DNA from: Blasia pusilla
Taxonomy: Eukaryota
Length of the DNA: 64,000 nt
Reading direction: 5' to 3'
NCBI GenBank assembly: GCA_050084515.1
Contig: CM114271.1
Coordinates: 32,736,001 to 32,800,000 of the forward strand
The notes under the pieces are model-generated. The model saw only the letters and a program-made list of their open reading frames with translations. It had not been told where the DNA came from and made no database searches. Position numbers and translations under genes: made by a program. Below, piece by piece: positions 53,538 through 64,000 of the stretch (position 1 is the first letter of the stretch; the number at the start of each line of letters is the position of its first letter).

Positions 53538-53965
53538 AATGTTCCGCACGTCCCTCCATGAGTCTGCCCGCTGCCCGCACCCATTCCTTCCCGACTTGGC
53601 TCCCGGGTCATCCGTTGGCGTTACGACCGGCCATTGGGAGTAAATTGCTGTGAAATGTACCGAAATGAAACCCACAGATTCCCCACATGACGACGCTACG
53701 GAACAGTACTACGGCTCCTTTCCGAGAGATCCATCGCCATAAACCCCGCGAATCTTCGCGACGAAGAAGATCCGTAGGCAGTTATGAGCTTGCCTGTGAC
53801 AACTGAAAGAGCATCATTGCAGCCCATACATCCATGGATCCCCGGAAATCTGGAGACGAGCAGCGGACAAGAAGATCCTTTCCCCTTGAGGTCCTGGAAA
53901 TCACTTCGGCGCAGCGACTGACGCTTTCCCCATCAGGAAAGGATTTCGCTCCTCACTCTCGGAAT

Positions 53966-56900
53966 CAATGAACGGGGAGATCCGGGGTTTAGTGTATTCG
54001 TAGTCGGCAGTTTTTTTAAATTGCCGTCTTTGCTCGAGAGAGGCCGGCGGAGATTCCGGCATATATGACCGAGTTCCCGGAAGTTGGCAGAGTAGAGTCA
54101 GCAGAGCCGGAAACTCCCCGGGAATTTCAGAGGCTCGACCAGAATTACACCGGCGACGGGAGGAGACACCTGAAATTGACCGATTTTATATTCCGGGATC
54201 ACGGAATACTACTGGAACAGTTTCCGGCAACCGGAAAACTGATGAGTTTTTATTGGAGGGGAAATGGAGGGACGGATATGCACTCTTGTGGCAGTTAAAA
54301 ATCCTGGCCGCACAATAGAGGGTTTTCCAAAACCCCAAAATCCGCCGCATCCTAAACCTTCAGCCTGCCCCTCCAGAACCGTTCGATGCCTCATCCGACG
54401 ACACTGAGCAAACCCGAGGTGCCGCGATTCCCGCGAACAGGGGTGAGAGGGTGGGGAGTCTGGGCCCTGGGGACCGTGGGGGTATCTCCTCTCCCGGCTC
54501 ATTGTGCACGCTGCTGCTCTAGCCTCTAAGCCGCGGCTCTGCGATTTTGCACTCTTGCTCTTGCACCTTCGATTGCTCTCGCGCCTTTTCCTGCTGACTC
54601 GCTCTTGCACCTTCGATTGCCATCGCGCCCTTGCCTGCTGAGCGCTCTTGCTCGTTGCTGCGCTCTTGCACCTTAGATCGCTGCCAGGCTCATTGTGCGA
54701 GGGCTGCTGCTCTGCTGTAAGCCGCTGCTCTGGATTTTGCACTCCTGCTCGCTGACTCGCTCTTGCACCTTCGAGGCTCTGATTGGTGTCGCGCTCTTGG
54801 TCGTTGGGAACCTGTCACTGCGTTCTTGCATGGTTAGGACGCTCTTGCCTGGTATTGTGCGCTCTTGCTCGTTGATGCGCTCTTCCTGCTATTATGTACT
54901 GTTTTTTAGTGCCCGTTTCCTTTGCAACTGCGTTGAGAGCGACTGTTCCGAAACGTGTCTTTTCTTGCCGAACTTCGGCCGCCTTTCGTTCCTGCTGCAA
55001 CTCATAGTTGTGTCTCTCACTTTGACATGCTTCCGCTCTTGGAGTTCGAGTGCTATTCTCTAAACCTTATCAGCCGCGTTCATAGGTCTCTTGCTGCCTT
55101 GTACCCACGCTTTTGCTCTTGTTGCGGTTCCGTAGTTCGCGCTGCAAGATCTCTTGTTGCCTTGTAACCACGCTGCTAGCAATCTTTGTGTCATGCTGCA
55201 AAGCCCTAGTCATGCCGAATGTCCTCACCCAGATGTCTCCTTGATGATGAATTTGGTCGAGCTTGATTATGGCATCGATTGAGATCGATTGCTCTCTACT
55301 GTTGTAGCTTTTGCTGTACTACATCAGAGATCCTACTGTTGCTCATAACTTGTGCATTGGGGTAGCATAGGCTTCTTCTTGACTTCATTAGTTTAAGACA
55401 TTTAGAGTCGTAGTTTCCTGTGCTTGACGATGTGAGTGGGTTCAGATTGTGGCATTCTACACCTCTTACTCGTAGCACTATTCATAATACCCTCACACAC
55501 GGCCTCTGTGTACTCTCGACTCAAGACTTCCCCAGCTTTGCCCTACTTTGGATTGGGTTTGGTATGGCTAAACGCCAGAGAACCATGAATGAATTGCTCT
55601 CAAAGGAGGTTCCAAAGGAACAACTTGATATCATAGCTTTGTCGGGATCATCGATGAGAGGGAAGACCAGGAGTACGTTAGGCAAAGACTCCATCCATAC
55701 TGAGAAAAATCGTGTAGCTTGGAAGGATGTGTGGTATACAATGTATGATTGGATCAGCTTTGATAAAACAAGTGGGAGGATCCATTGTAATGTATGTAGA
55801 AAGGGTAAGGGAAAGAGTGTATTTGCTAGGGATGGTGCAATCAATTGTAAAGTTTCGGCATTCATAGATCATGCAAAATCGAACGAGCATGTAAAGCTTG
55901 CTTGGGCAGCCAATGGAGGTAAGAAATCTATGGCAAAGGCCATCGCCACATCCAACCGAACCTGTGAGGTCGCACTCTTGACTTTATTCAAGTGTGCATA
56001 TTTTCTTGCAAAGGAGGCCATGCCCTTCTCAAAATTCACGGGTCTCTGTAAATTGTTGCTTGCTGTGAATGCACCTATCACCAGGGACCTTTATCAAGAT
56101 GAAAAGAGTTGTAGTGACATGTTTTTTTTCATTAGCCAAATTTTGATGAAGAGGACTCTAGCTAGAGTTCAATCATCTCCTTTCTTTGGGATTTTGATCG
56201 ACGAATCTACAGATATTTTGGTGACAGGGCATTTAGTTGTGTTTGCAACATTCATAGAAGAGGGTCAAGCTGAGTGTTGTTTTCTAGGGCTGATTCGTTG
56301 TGAATCTAAATGTTCTAATGCTATCACTAATACTTTGTTAGAGTTTATGAAAGATGGAGGGTTGGAGTATACCAAAATGGTTGGATTTGGTTCAGATGGG
56401 GCCTCTACAATGGTAGGTAGCCAAATTGGGGTAGCTTCTCAATTGAAGCAAAAGGTAAACCCGTTTCTACTCTCTGTACATTGTGTAGCTCACAGAACCA
56501 ATCTTTCGCTTTAATGCAAAAGAAGAGCACCTGATTGTAAAGTCATTTCAACAGAAATTGATTCTATTTTGAATGCCGTAGCAGGGTATTTCAAAAGGTC
56601 ATCAAAGAGGAAAGCTAACCTAGCATCACTTCAAGAGAAGTTGAATGACTCTCAACGAGTTATGAAGAGATATCATAAAATAAGATGGTTGTCATGTTGG
56701 CAGGCTGTATGTACATTGTGTGATTCACTTGAGTCTGTATTGACATACTTTAGGATATTTCCCCTTGAAGATGACGGCAATGCCTCAAATTTATACAACA
56801 AGTTAAGATCATTCCAAATGATCTATCGTTATATTTTTAGTGATATTCTTTCCAACCTTGCTAACTTGAGCAAGATTTTCCAATACAAGTTTGTTGATGT

Positions 56901-58350
56901 TAGTACTATTGGCAAACATTGTTACTCAGAGATTGCTTCTATTACCATGAATTTTGTGATGGAAAGTCAAGATTTGAATGCATCTTTATTTTCGGAAGAA
57001 ACAGGTTATCATATCCTACCTGATTTTGGTCCCCCCGATGGATATCTTAGACGTTTGTAATCAGAGATTAGGGGTAATAAGTTTCATAGCATAGAAATGT
57101 TGAGAGACCGCATGAGGCAAGGATTTGGAATATGCTCTCTTATTTCAGAAGTCATATGCTGAAAGTGTTTGTTTAGCATTGCAAGAAAGATTCAAGGACA
57201 ACAATCTTATTGGTGCAATGAGGATTTTGAACCCATTGCACATGCCCTCTCGGCAAGTTGGGTTAAATAGCTGGGGATGTAAGGACTTGGAAGATTTGTG
57301 TGCACATTTTGGATGTGAGTTACCATTGAGGGGACATCTCAACCCTCTGTCATAAATTCTCTTTGTTATGAAGCAAGAATTTGATCATTCAAGTTGATGG
57401 CTACAACCGAAAGTGGAAAGATCGTAATTTCCGAGACTTATGGGCAATGGTGAGTTGGAGCCCCACTTTACAATGTAAGTTTGCTAACTTGCTTGTTTTG
57501 GCTAATGTTGCAAGGGTTCAATGTGTTAGCACCGCCATATGTGAGAGGGATTTTTCAATTCAGAATTTGATCAAGACTAAGACTCAGTAATCGACTAGGT
57601 ACTAAACATCTAGATGTTGTATTAAGGATTGCTTTAGAAGGACCTACAAGTGACTATGACGACATGTTGTCCGAATCATGTCATATTATGGAAGACTTAC
57701 GCTAATTTTAGGTACTTGTATTCTAATCTCGATCGATACATGAACCCTCAAGCGTAAAGCAGAATGTGGTGCCCCATCGGTTGACTTGTTAGGTTGATGT
57801 GAGTTTTTTTGTAGGACTTAGAGCCCTTCTATAACACTTGGAGCTTAGAAGCTCCAAATATTATAGAGGGCATGATCCTTGGCTCCCAACGGTGGGGAGG
57901 CTTGGCCAAGTTCAACTCCCTGCCAAGGATATCTCAAGGTAGAGAGCATAACATTTCCTTCATGCAAATTTTGGAAGGAGGTTTTGCTCCAAGGTAAACA
58001 GATACAAGGTAGATGATGAGGTGAAGGTAAAAGAAGAAAAAATGTGAAAGTAGAAGAGAGAAAAGGTGAAGGAAAAAAAAAAAAAAAAGGCTTGTTTCAT
58101 ACATGCCGGAAATTGGCAAAACCGACTTAAAACACCCACAAACTAGATGGGTCCATTTCCAAAGTACCAGAAACAAAATGGGTTCCTTTTGAATAAATTC
58201 GGATAAAAACCGTCTGAAAAAAAAAAACTAGTTTTTTACTGCCTTGTTCTAATAATACCAGCCAAGACCGGCTAGGAAAAAAAAGAGCCGACTTGATAGT
58301 CTAAATAGCAGAAATCGGCTGACAGATTAAAAAAATCTCCCCGGACCCTG
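53966..58350 (+). mobile_element. Full-length hAT-superfamily DNA transposon (inactive)
   Basis: Perfect 8-bp TSD CTCGGAAT (53958-53965 and 58351-58358). Imperfect 16-bp TIRs: CAATGAACGGGGAGAT vs reverse complement CAGGGTCCGGGGAGAT (12/16). Contains a hAT transposase and a GCTCTTG-rich repetitive tract (about 54500-55170). Confidence 0.9.
55564..57757 (+). pseudogene. hAT transposase (ZNF862/ZMYM-like type), disrupted by stops and frameshifts
   Basis: Motifs: N-terminal CxxC...H Zn finger (HCNVC...HAKSNEH), IDESTD, GFGSDGASTMVG, VHCVAHR, IRWLS, and C-terminal dimerisation region STAICERDFS...NRLGTKHLD. Split across ORFs 55420-56514, 56569-57060, 57125-57355 and 57381-57590. Confidence 0.9.
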
Positions 58351-60329
58351 CTCGGAATCCTCTCGCATCCGTCAGGCAATCTGTCTGTCTGTCCTGCGCA
58401 TTTGTCATGGGAGACCGACTTCGCTGAAATGAAGCGCAACACCGACTGACGGACAAATTGGGTTAGTTGGGGCTGGTGCCATGGACGGGTCGGGAAAATG
58501 ATGAGTATTCCTCGTGCCCCTTCCTTCTAAATAACTTGGATGGGATTAACTCATTAGACGCGAAAGCATTCAACTTTCGCGTTGTGTTGGTGTCGTGTCG
58601 CGTCGCGAAAGTGTTGAACTTTCATGATGACAGGGTTGTTGTGCATTATAGAATAGATTGTCACATTTGGTAGGACGGATCGACGAGATCTAATAGAACC
58701 CCTTCGGAGATGTTCGAGGACAGCCTCAAGAGGTTGACGATGACCTGTTGAGGCCAAGGGTATCTTGAGAGAGCAGGTTTTCCTTTCGTTTCGGCTCATT
58801 TGGAGTCAGATAAAAATTTTTAATATTTGGAGGAGGTTTCCATTTGGAGTATAATTTACTTTCCACTTTGGGAAGTTGCCCCTGACCCGCTACAGTAGGT
58901 CGAGAGCCAATGAGGTGATCTGCGAGTATAAGTTACCGTGGAGAGGGCTTGGGAGAAAGAAGGGGGTACACCTCCAAGAGAGAAAGCTTGAGAGCTCATT
59001 CTCTCTTTGTTGAACTTCTTGGCATGAGGCGGCGGAGCTATGGTCCTCCTTGCCTTGTGTGTGTAGTAATCCAAACCTCTCATTAGGAGAGTGGGTTTGG
59101 TTAGAGAGAGAGAGAGCGCACCATGGAGAGCTTGTTGTTGTGATGGAAAGATTTGATCAATTTACAAAGAGAGAATGAAGTGCGTTTACTTGCAGCAGAC
59201 GGCACGCACGACGTTGGATGAGACTATGGGGCGCACTATCTTGAGAGTGCGTGAGGTTTTGCCATCTAGTGTTCTCTTATTGGAGGGACGCGATGGTATT
59301 GTTTTGGAAGGATCATGTGCGTAACTAAGCGGCATGTCAGCTTCCTAACATTGACGGTACAATTGATCCGAGCTTAGCGGTAGTTCTGGCAAGCTTCCGA
59401 TGTATGTTGTGTGGTTCCGCCCGTGGTGCAACCACTATGCTAGTATGCTAGCCACTATGCTAATCTATTTTTTATCAACTTGTACGCAAATCATTGCTAT
59501 CCTTGATGTTAGATACCAATAGTTACAAAAGTACAATTAAAACTATATCCCATATTAATGAAAACTAATAAGGATCCGCAAATGATCGTGTCATGCATGG
59601 ATCCTATTTAATAAGTCAAGTTTCAAGGGCACTCTCCTTACCAATGTCTCCATACGACCCCAACTAACCTTGATCAAAAGTATTTTTGAGGAAGCAGTAA
59701 CATATGTCAAACATCATCCAATTCATGTTTGAAAAACGATTAGCACTTGTGACCTAAGTCTGAGCAATAGTGACACCTTCCTAAACTTGCTTACTAAGTA
59801 TGTTGTACGATTGGGAAAAGCTCTCAAGTGGGGTCGAAGCCCAAACCTGAAATCTAGAGTTTAAAAAAATAGGAAATTTTTGAAGTGATAGATAAAAGAC
59901 ATGTGTCAGGGGTGGTAGATTTTGGGTGTGGTTGGGGATATCTACAAGAAGATAATGGATAAGGCTAAGGGAAGTTGAAAGTTAGTGGAATTAAATGTTT
60001 TTTTAAGAAATGGGGACAGGGAAATTACATATGAGGATTAGGGTTAGTAATGTTCTAGAAGTGGAGAGCTTGTAGTTGGAATTTGATTGTTAAAATCTAG
60101 GCCAATCAAAGATAGTGGAGATTCTTACAAATTTTCACTATGTAATATGTATTAATAGAAGTCTTATGGGCAAACTTATGAAAATTATATTGTATTGTCT
60201 TCTATGTTCTCTTATATACAATAAATTTAGTTTCTATGAGTCCTCATATCCTCGCCTCCTCATTTAATACTCTTCTCTTCCTCCTATTCTTTCCTTCCTT
60301 TTTTTCCATACCTACCTTGTTTTTCTCCC

Positions 60330-60560
60330 TCCCCCCCCCAAAGTTGATTCCATGACCCATGTGAGCATTGTGCAAGCTCCATACGTGCACCCATTCCCAT
60401 TTCGACATCAACCGATGCTTCTCCATAATGTAGTAGGCCATGACTATTATAGCCAATACCCATCTAGTAATTCTTTTAAGCTTAGCTAGTGCTTCATGTA
60501 ACCTCAATGCCAAAACCCAGATGGCCTTCACATTTGTAATGACATTAGAAAATGTGTTGG
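60330..60560 (-). mobile_element. Possible LINE ORF2 C-terminal remnant
   Basis: Trp-rich KLKRITRWVLAIIVMAYYIMEKHR resembles the W..W..RN tail of plant L1 ORF2; weak. Confidence 0.3.
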
Positions 60561-60783
60561 TTACTAAATATAATGGAGGTCAAGAGAATGTTGGTTTAGA
60601 GAATCCTAGAGAAGTTTCCTATATTTTTTTATCTTCTCTTTATGGGAAATTCCTTAATTTTTTTCTAGAAGTAATGGTAGGGAGTGTTTGACATCACTCT
60701 TTATAGTGGACAATGGCTTCCTAATTGGTTTGGGTGATACATGTCATAGAATGTAAGAGGTTTATTTAAGGTGTGGTCATGTG

Positions 60784-61101
60784 CATGGTTGCACAAAAAC
60801 GGAAAAGTCCTTCCTTAGGACGGACATGAACGGACAAGTTTGGGCATGTCCATGGACATGGGTTCCAAGAGGTAGGACCCACACTTATAGTCCATGATGG
60901 AAGACAAGGCAGGGATTAGTGGAGCAATTAGGGAGGAGGGAGTGCAGGTGGAGGGAGGAAGAAAGCGGAGAGTATGGAACATGAAGGCAAGCAAGGGGAA
61001 TGAGAAAGAAGGGAAAGGTGGGGCCCTTATGGACAAGTCCTTCCATAGGACGGATGTAAGTCCACGGACACGGACATGGACTTTGTCCAGATGCAACCTT
61101 G
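60784..61101 (-). mobile_element. hAT-type MITE family A
   Basis: CATGGTTGCA...TGCAACCTTG; perfect TSD GTCATGTG (60776-60783, 61102-61109). Confidence 0.9.
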
Positions 61102-61109
61102 GTCATGTG

Positions 61110-61438
61110 CAAGGTTGTATACAGACAAAGTCTGTGTACCCGAACCTCTCCATATTTGTGGACTTACGTCCGTCCTATAAAAGGAATTGTCTATGTGGAT
61201 CCCATCTCCCCCTTCTTTTTCATCCTCCTCCTTGCCTTTGTGATCTGCACATTCTCATTTTTTCCTCCTCCCATCTCAACTCCCTCCTCCCTTATTGCCT
61301 CATCCATCCTTGTCTTGCCTTCCACCATTAACTATAAGCATGGGTCCCAACTTTTGCAATCAATTTTCGTGGACATATCCAAACTTGTCCGTCCATGTCC
61401 AACTTAGGTACATACTTGTCCGTTTTCATGCAACCATG
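61110..61438 (+). mobile_element. hAT-type MITE family A (inverted neighbour of 60784-61101)
   Basis: CAAGGTTGTA...TGCAACCATG; flanks GTCATGTG/ATCAAATG (5/8). Confidence 0.88.
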
Positions 61439-61714
61439 ATCAAATGTAAAATAGATGGATATTTTTTAACAGGATAAAGATGTAGATATTTTTCAAAAAC
61501 ATACCTACTTAGAATTTATATTCCAAAAATACTAATCCTACACAAAATCATTTGTGTAGGATTAGTTTTTTTTATATAATAAGATGAAGGACATGGCAAT
61601 CTACACATAGCGCAATGGGCGATTCACATGTAATCTTACTAGGTTACGACAACATGCAAGTGGAGAATCCGTTTCGACAAAGAATGGTTATTGGCAAAAC
61701 ATTCCAATTTTTAC

Positions 61715-61998
61715 GATCGTTGCACAAAAATGGACAAGTCTCGGCATATCCATAGACATAGATTACAAGAGATGAGGCCAACTTTTATATTTTAAGATGG
61801 AAACTAGGGCAAGGCCAATAAGGGGGGAGGGAGTGGAGGTGGAGGGAGGAAGAAACGGGAAAGTATGGAACATGTAGGCAAGTGGGGTAAATGAGAAAGA
61901 AGGGGAAGGTAGGGACCATATGGACAAGTCCTTCCATATGACAGATGTAAGTCCACAAACATGGATATGTTAGCAAACTTCGTTCACTTACAACCTTG
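61715..61998 (-). mobile_element. hAT-type MITE family A
   Basis: GATCGTTGCA...TACAACCTTG; TSD ATTTTTAC/ATTTGCAC (6/8). Confidence 0.82.
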
Positions 61999-62114
61999 AT
62001 TTGCACATGTGTGAAATTCCCTTATCCAATATAGCTACAATGTAACAATTTAGAAAAAAATTTGATGAGTAGATGTTAATTAAAAGTGGGAGGATAACTT
62101 GTGTTTAATCTGAA

Positions 62115-62428
62115 TATAGTTGCAAAAAAATGGACAAGTTCGTCCCTAGGATGGACATGGACAGACATGGATTGCCAAAGGTGGGACCCACAATTATAGT
62201 TCATGGTGGAAGGTAGGGCAAGGACGGGCGGGGCAATAAGGGTGGAGGGAGTGAAGGTGGGAGGAGGAAGAAACAAAAAAGTGTGGATCACGAATGCAAA
62301 TAGAGGGGTGAGAAAGGAGGGGGAGATAGGGACCATGTGATCAAGTCTTCTATAAGACGCATCTAAATCCACGAATATGGTGATATGGATATGTTCGTGG
62401 AAATCGACTTTTTCCATATGCAAACTTG
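62115..62428 (-). mobile_element. hAT-type MITE family A
   Basis: TATAGTTGCA...TGCAAACTTG; TSD AATCTGAA/AATTTGAA (7/8). Confidence 0.85.
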
Positions 62429-63099
62429 AATTTGAATCATATAGAGGATAAAATAATTTGACAAACTGATGGATCTACAAACTCCAAATATAATATTACT
62501 AATAGGCAAGATATAAGTCATGATATTCATGCCAATATTGCTAGTAATCCATAAGTGATTCCTCCAAGTGGTGATTCACTTGAGCTTTCGTCAAGAAACT
62601 TTTTTCCCACCAAGAAATAGTAGAGTTTAGTCATGTTTGGGAAGAGGTGTATTGGCTTCTTTATGGAAAAATCAAAATCATGAGGACATCCTTTGAAAGT
62701 TTGTACTTGCAATGTTTTTAATAGGGATGGTCTTTAAACTCAACCAAAAATCCAGATTTTGAAGAGGCATTATGGGTGGTTGCTACATTGGGGATTGCAT
62801 ATCCCACGACCAATCCAAGATTCCAAACTGGAAGTGAAGCACAGACTTAACTTCATGAAAGGCTCATGTTGAGATAAATGTTAGAGAATAATGAAAATGG
62901 TGAAGTGATACATACATACCATTTGTAGTGAAATTTGGACCAAGTACCAAGAAAAGCCTCTTGTGAATATTTTGGTAGTACTTATGGGGGAGAATATTTC
63001 ATAGAGGCCATCCTTGCCATAGATATAATCAAGAATGAAAAATGAACTTCAAGACTAATCATTTGTTAGATTAGTGAGAGGGAACCAAAATTTTCTTTT

Positions 63100-63820
63100 C
63101 AATTTGTCACAAAAAATGCAAGAGTTTGCAAAGTTGGTAGGTTCTTTTGTTCGAGAAGTTCGTCTACTGTTTTTATGAGGAGATTGTGTTGCTCATAGAC
63201 TTTATTTGGTTTGTGAATATTTGGGGAGAATAGGATGTTTCATGAAATATTTTCTCAATGTGGAATATGGCGAAATTCATGAAAAATCACCATGCTTATT
63301 GTATGTTTTTGGACTTGTTCTCGTATAGGCTAATATTGCTTCTACCTTTGAAGGTTGAATTTATTGCTAATTAAAAAAAAATTAGTTGAGTTTATGAGCT
63401 TCAAAAATATTTAAACCATATAGTGATTTGTGATGAGTTCAAGCAATCCATTAGTATCCCAAATGGGAAAAATAATATTCGATGCTTATATTGGATGTTA
63501 AACATACACTTCTCATTTTTCACCATTACTTTGACATCCTACTTATATGAGTAGAAGCCTAGATGTTAAAGTAATCATAGTTATATGATGGAACTCGTTT
63601 ACATAGTAGATTGTTATAAGGATGACCTAATCCTATCTTGCATAAGAGTTTAGGACACCCTAATATGACGTGGGGATCCAAGGATGTAACCCTTGGTATG
63701 GTAAGACAACGTGGGGTTTGTTGTTATAGTGCCTAGAAAAAAAACTATGAATGGAATTAAAGATAATAGGTCAAATAACCAAAATTTCCCAACAATGAGA
63801 TGGTTGGGGAATTGTAGTGG
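63100..63820 (+). pseudogene. Highly decayed hAT transposase remnant
   Basis: CVAHRLYL at 63185 onward and MRWLG at about 63795-63809 correspond to the hAT CxAHxLxL and RW motifs, in the correct order. Confidence 0.55.
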
Positions 63821-64000
63821 TAGCACACATTTTGTTTGTCAAGTTTTCTTTATATTTAGGTTGCATTGACAATCTACTATGAGTGCACTGACAAACTAGG
63901 CCACTTTGTACTTTCAAGATATGTTATTTATTCAATGACTTGTTCACATTGTGTTTTATCAAGGGCCTTTCTTCGAGTAAGGACGAACCTTCTAGGTGCG

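Noticed and set aside
60815..62423. Recurrent similar short ORFs (MDKSF..., ...PFFLIP...) as a small gene family
   Set aside because: They are chance translations of MITE family A copies; frames are not conserved between copies.
1..64000. FRH1 miRNA precursor within the window
   Set aside because: By eye, only the target site at 23540-23560 matches; no second full-length match or fold-back was found.

Overview
Eukaryotic land-plant genomic DNA, most likely a liverwort (inferred from the gene and its miRNA site), not a prokaryotic window. One intact protein-coding gene is well supported: a five-coding-exon, minus-strand class I RSL (RHD6-like) bHLH transcription factor (CDS about 25568->21838, about 710 aa). 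It is an RSL1-like rhizoid/epidermal-outgrowth regulator and carries an apparent FRH1 miRNA target site in coding exon 2. The rest is a mosaic of CpG-rich unique islands and AT-rich, CpG-poor decayed transposon sequence. Mobile elements: a 4.4-kb hAT DNA transposon with a perfect 8-bp TSD and a broken transposase; ten copies of a ~310-bp hAT-type MITE; a second hAT-derived MITE family; a 2.8-kb non-autonomous Helitron carrying a genomic HSP70 fragment; a 169-bp mini-Helitron; and Ty3/gypsy, LINE-like and SINE-like remnants. There are also several tandem repeats. The most unusual pattern is that, at two separate loci, two hAT-type elements sit end to end and share one 8-bp target site; one pair forms a ~650-bp inverted repeat. 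No CRISPR, rRNA or intact tRNA was found. All calls are by eye; no database search was run.
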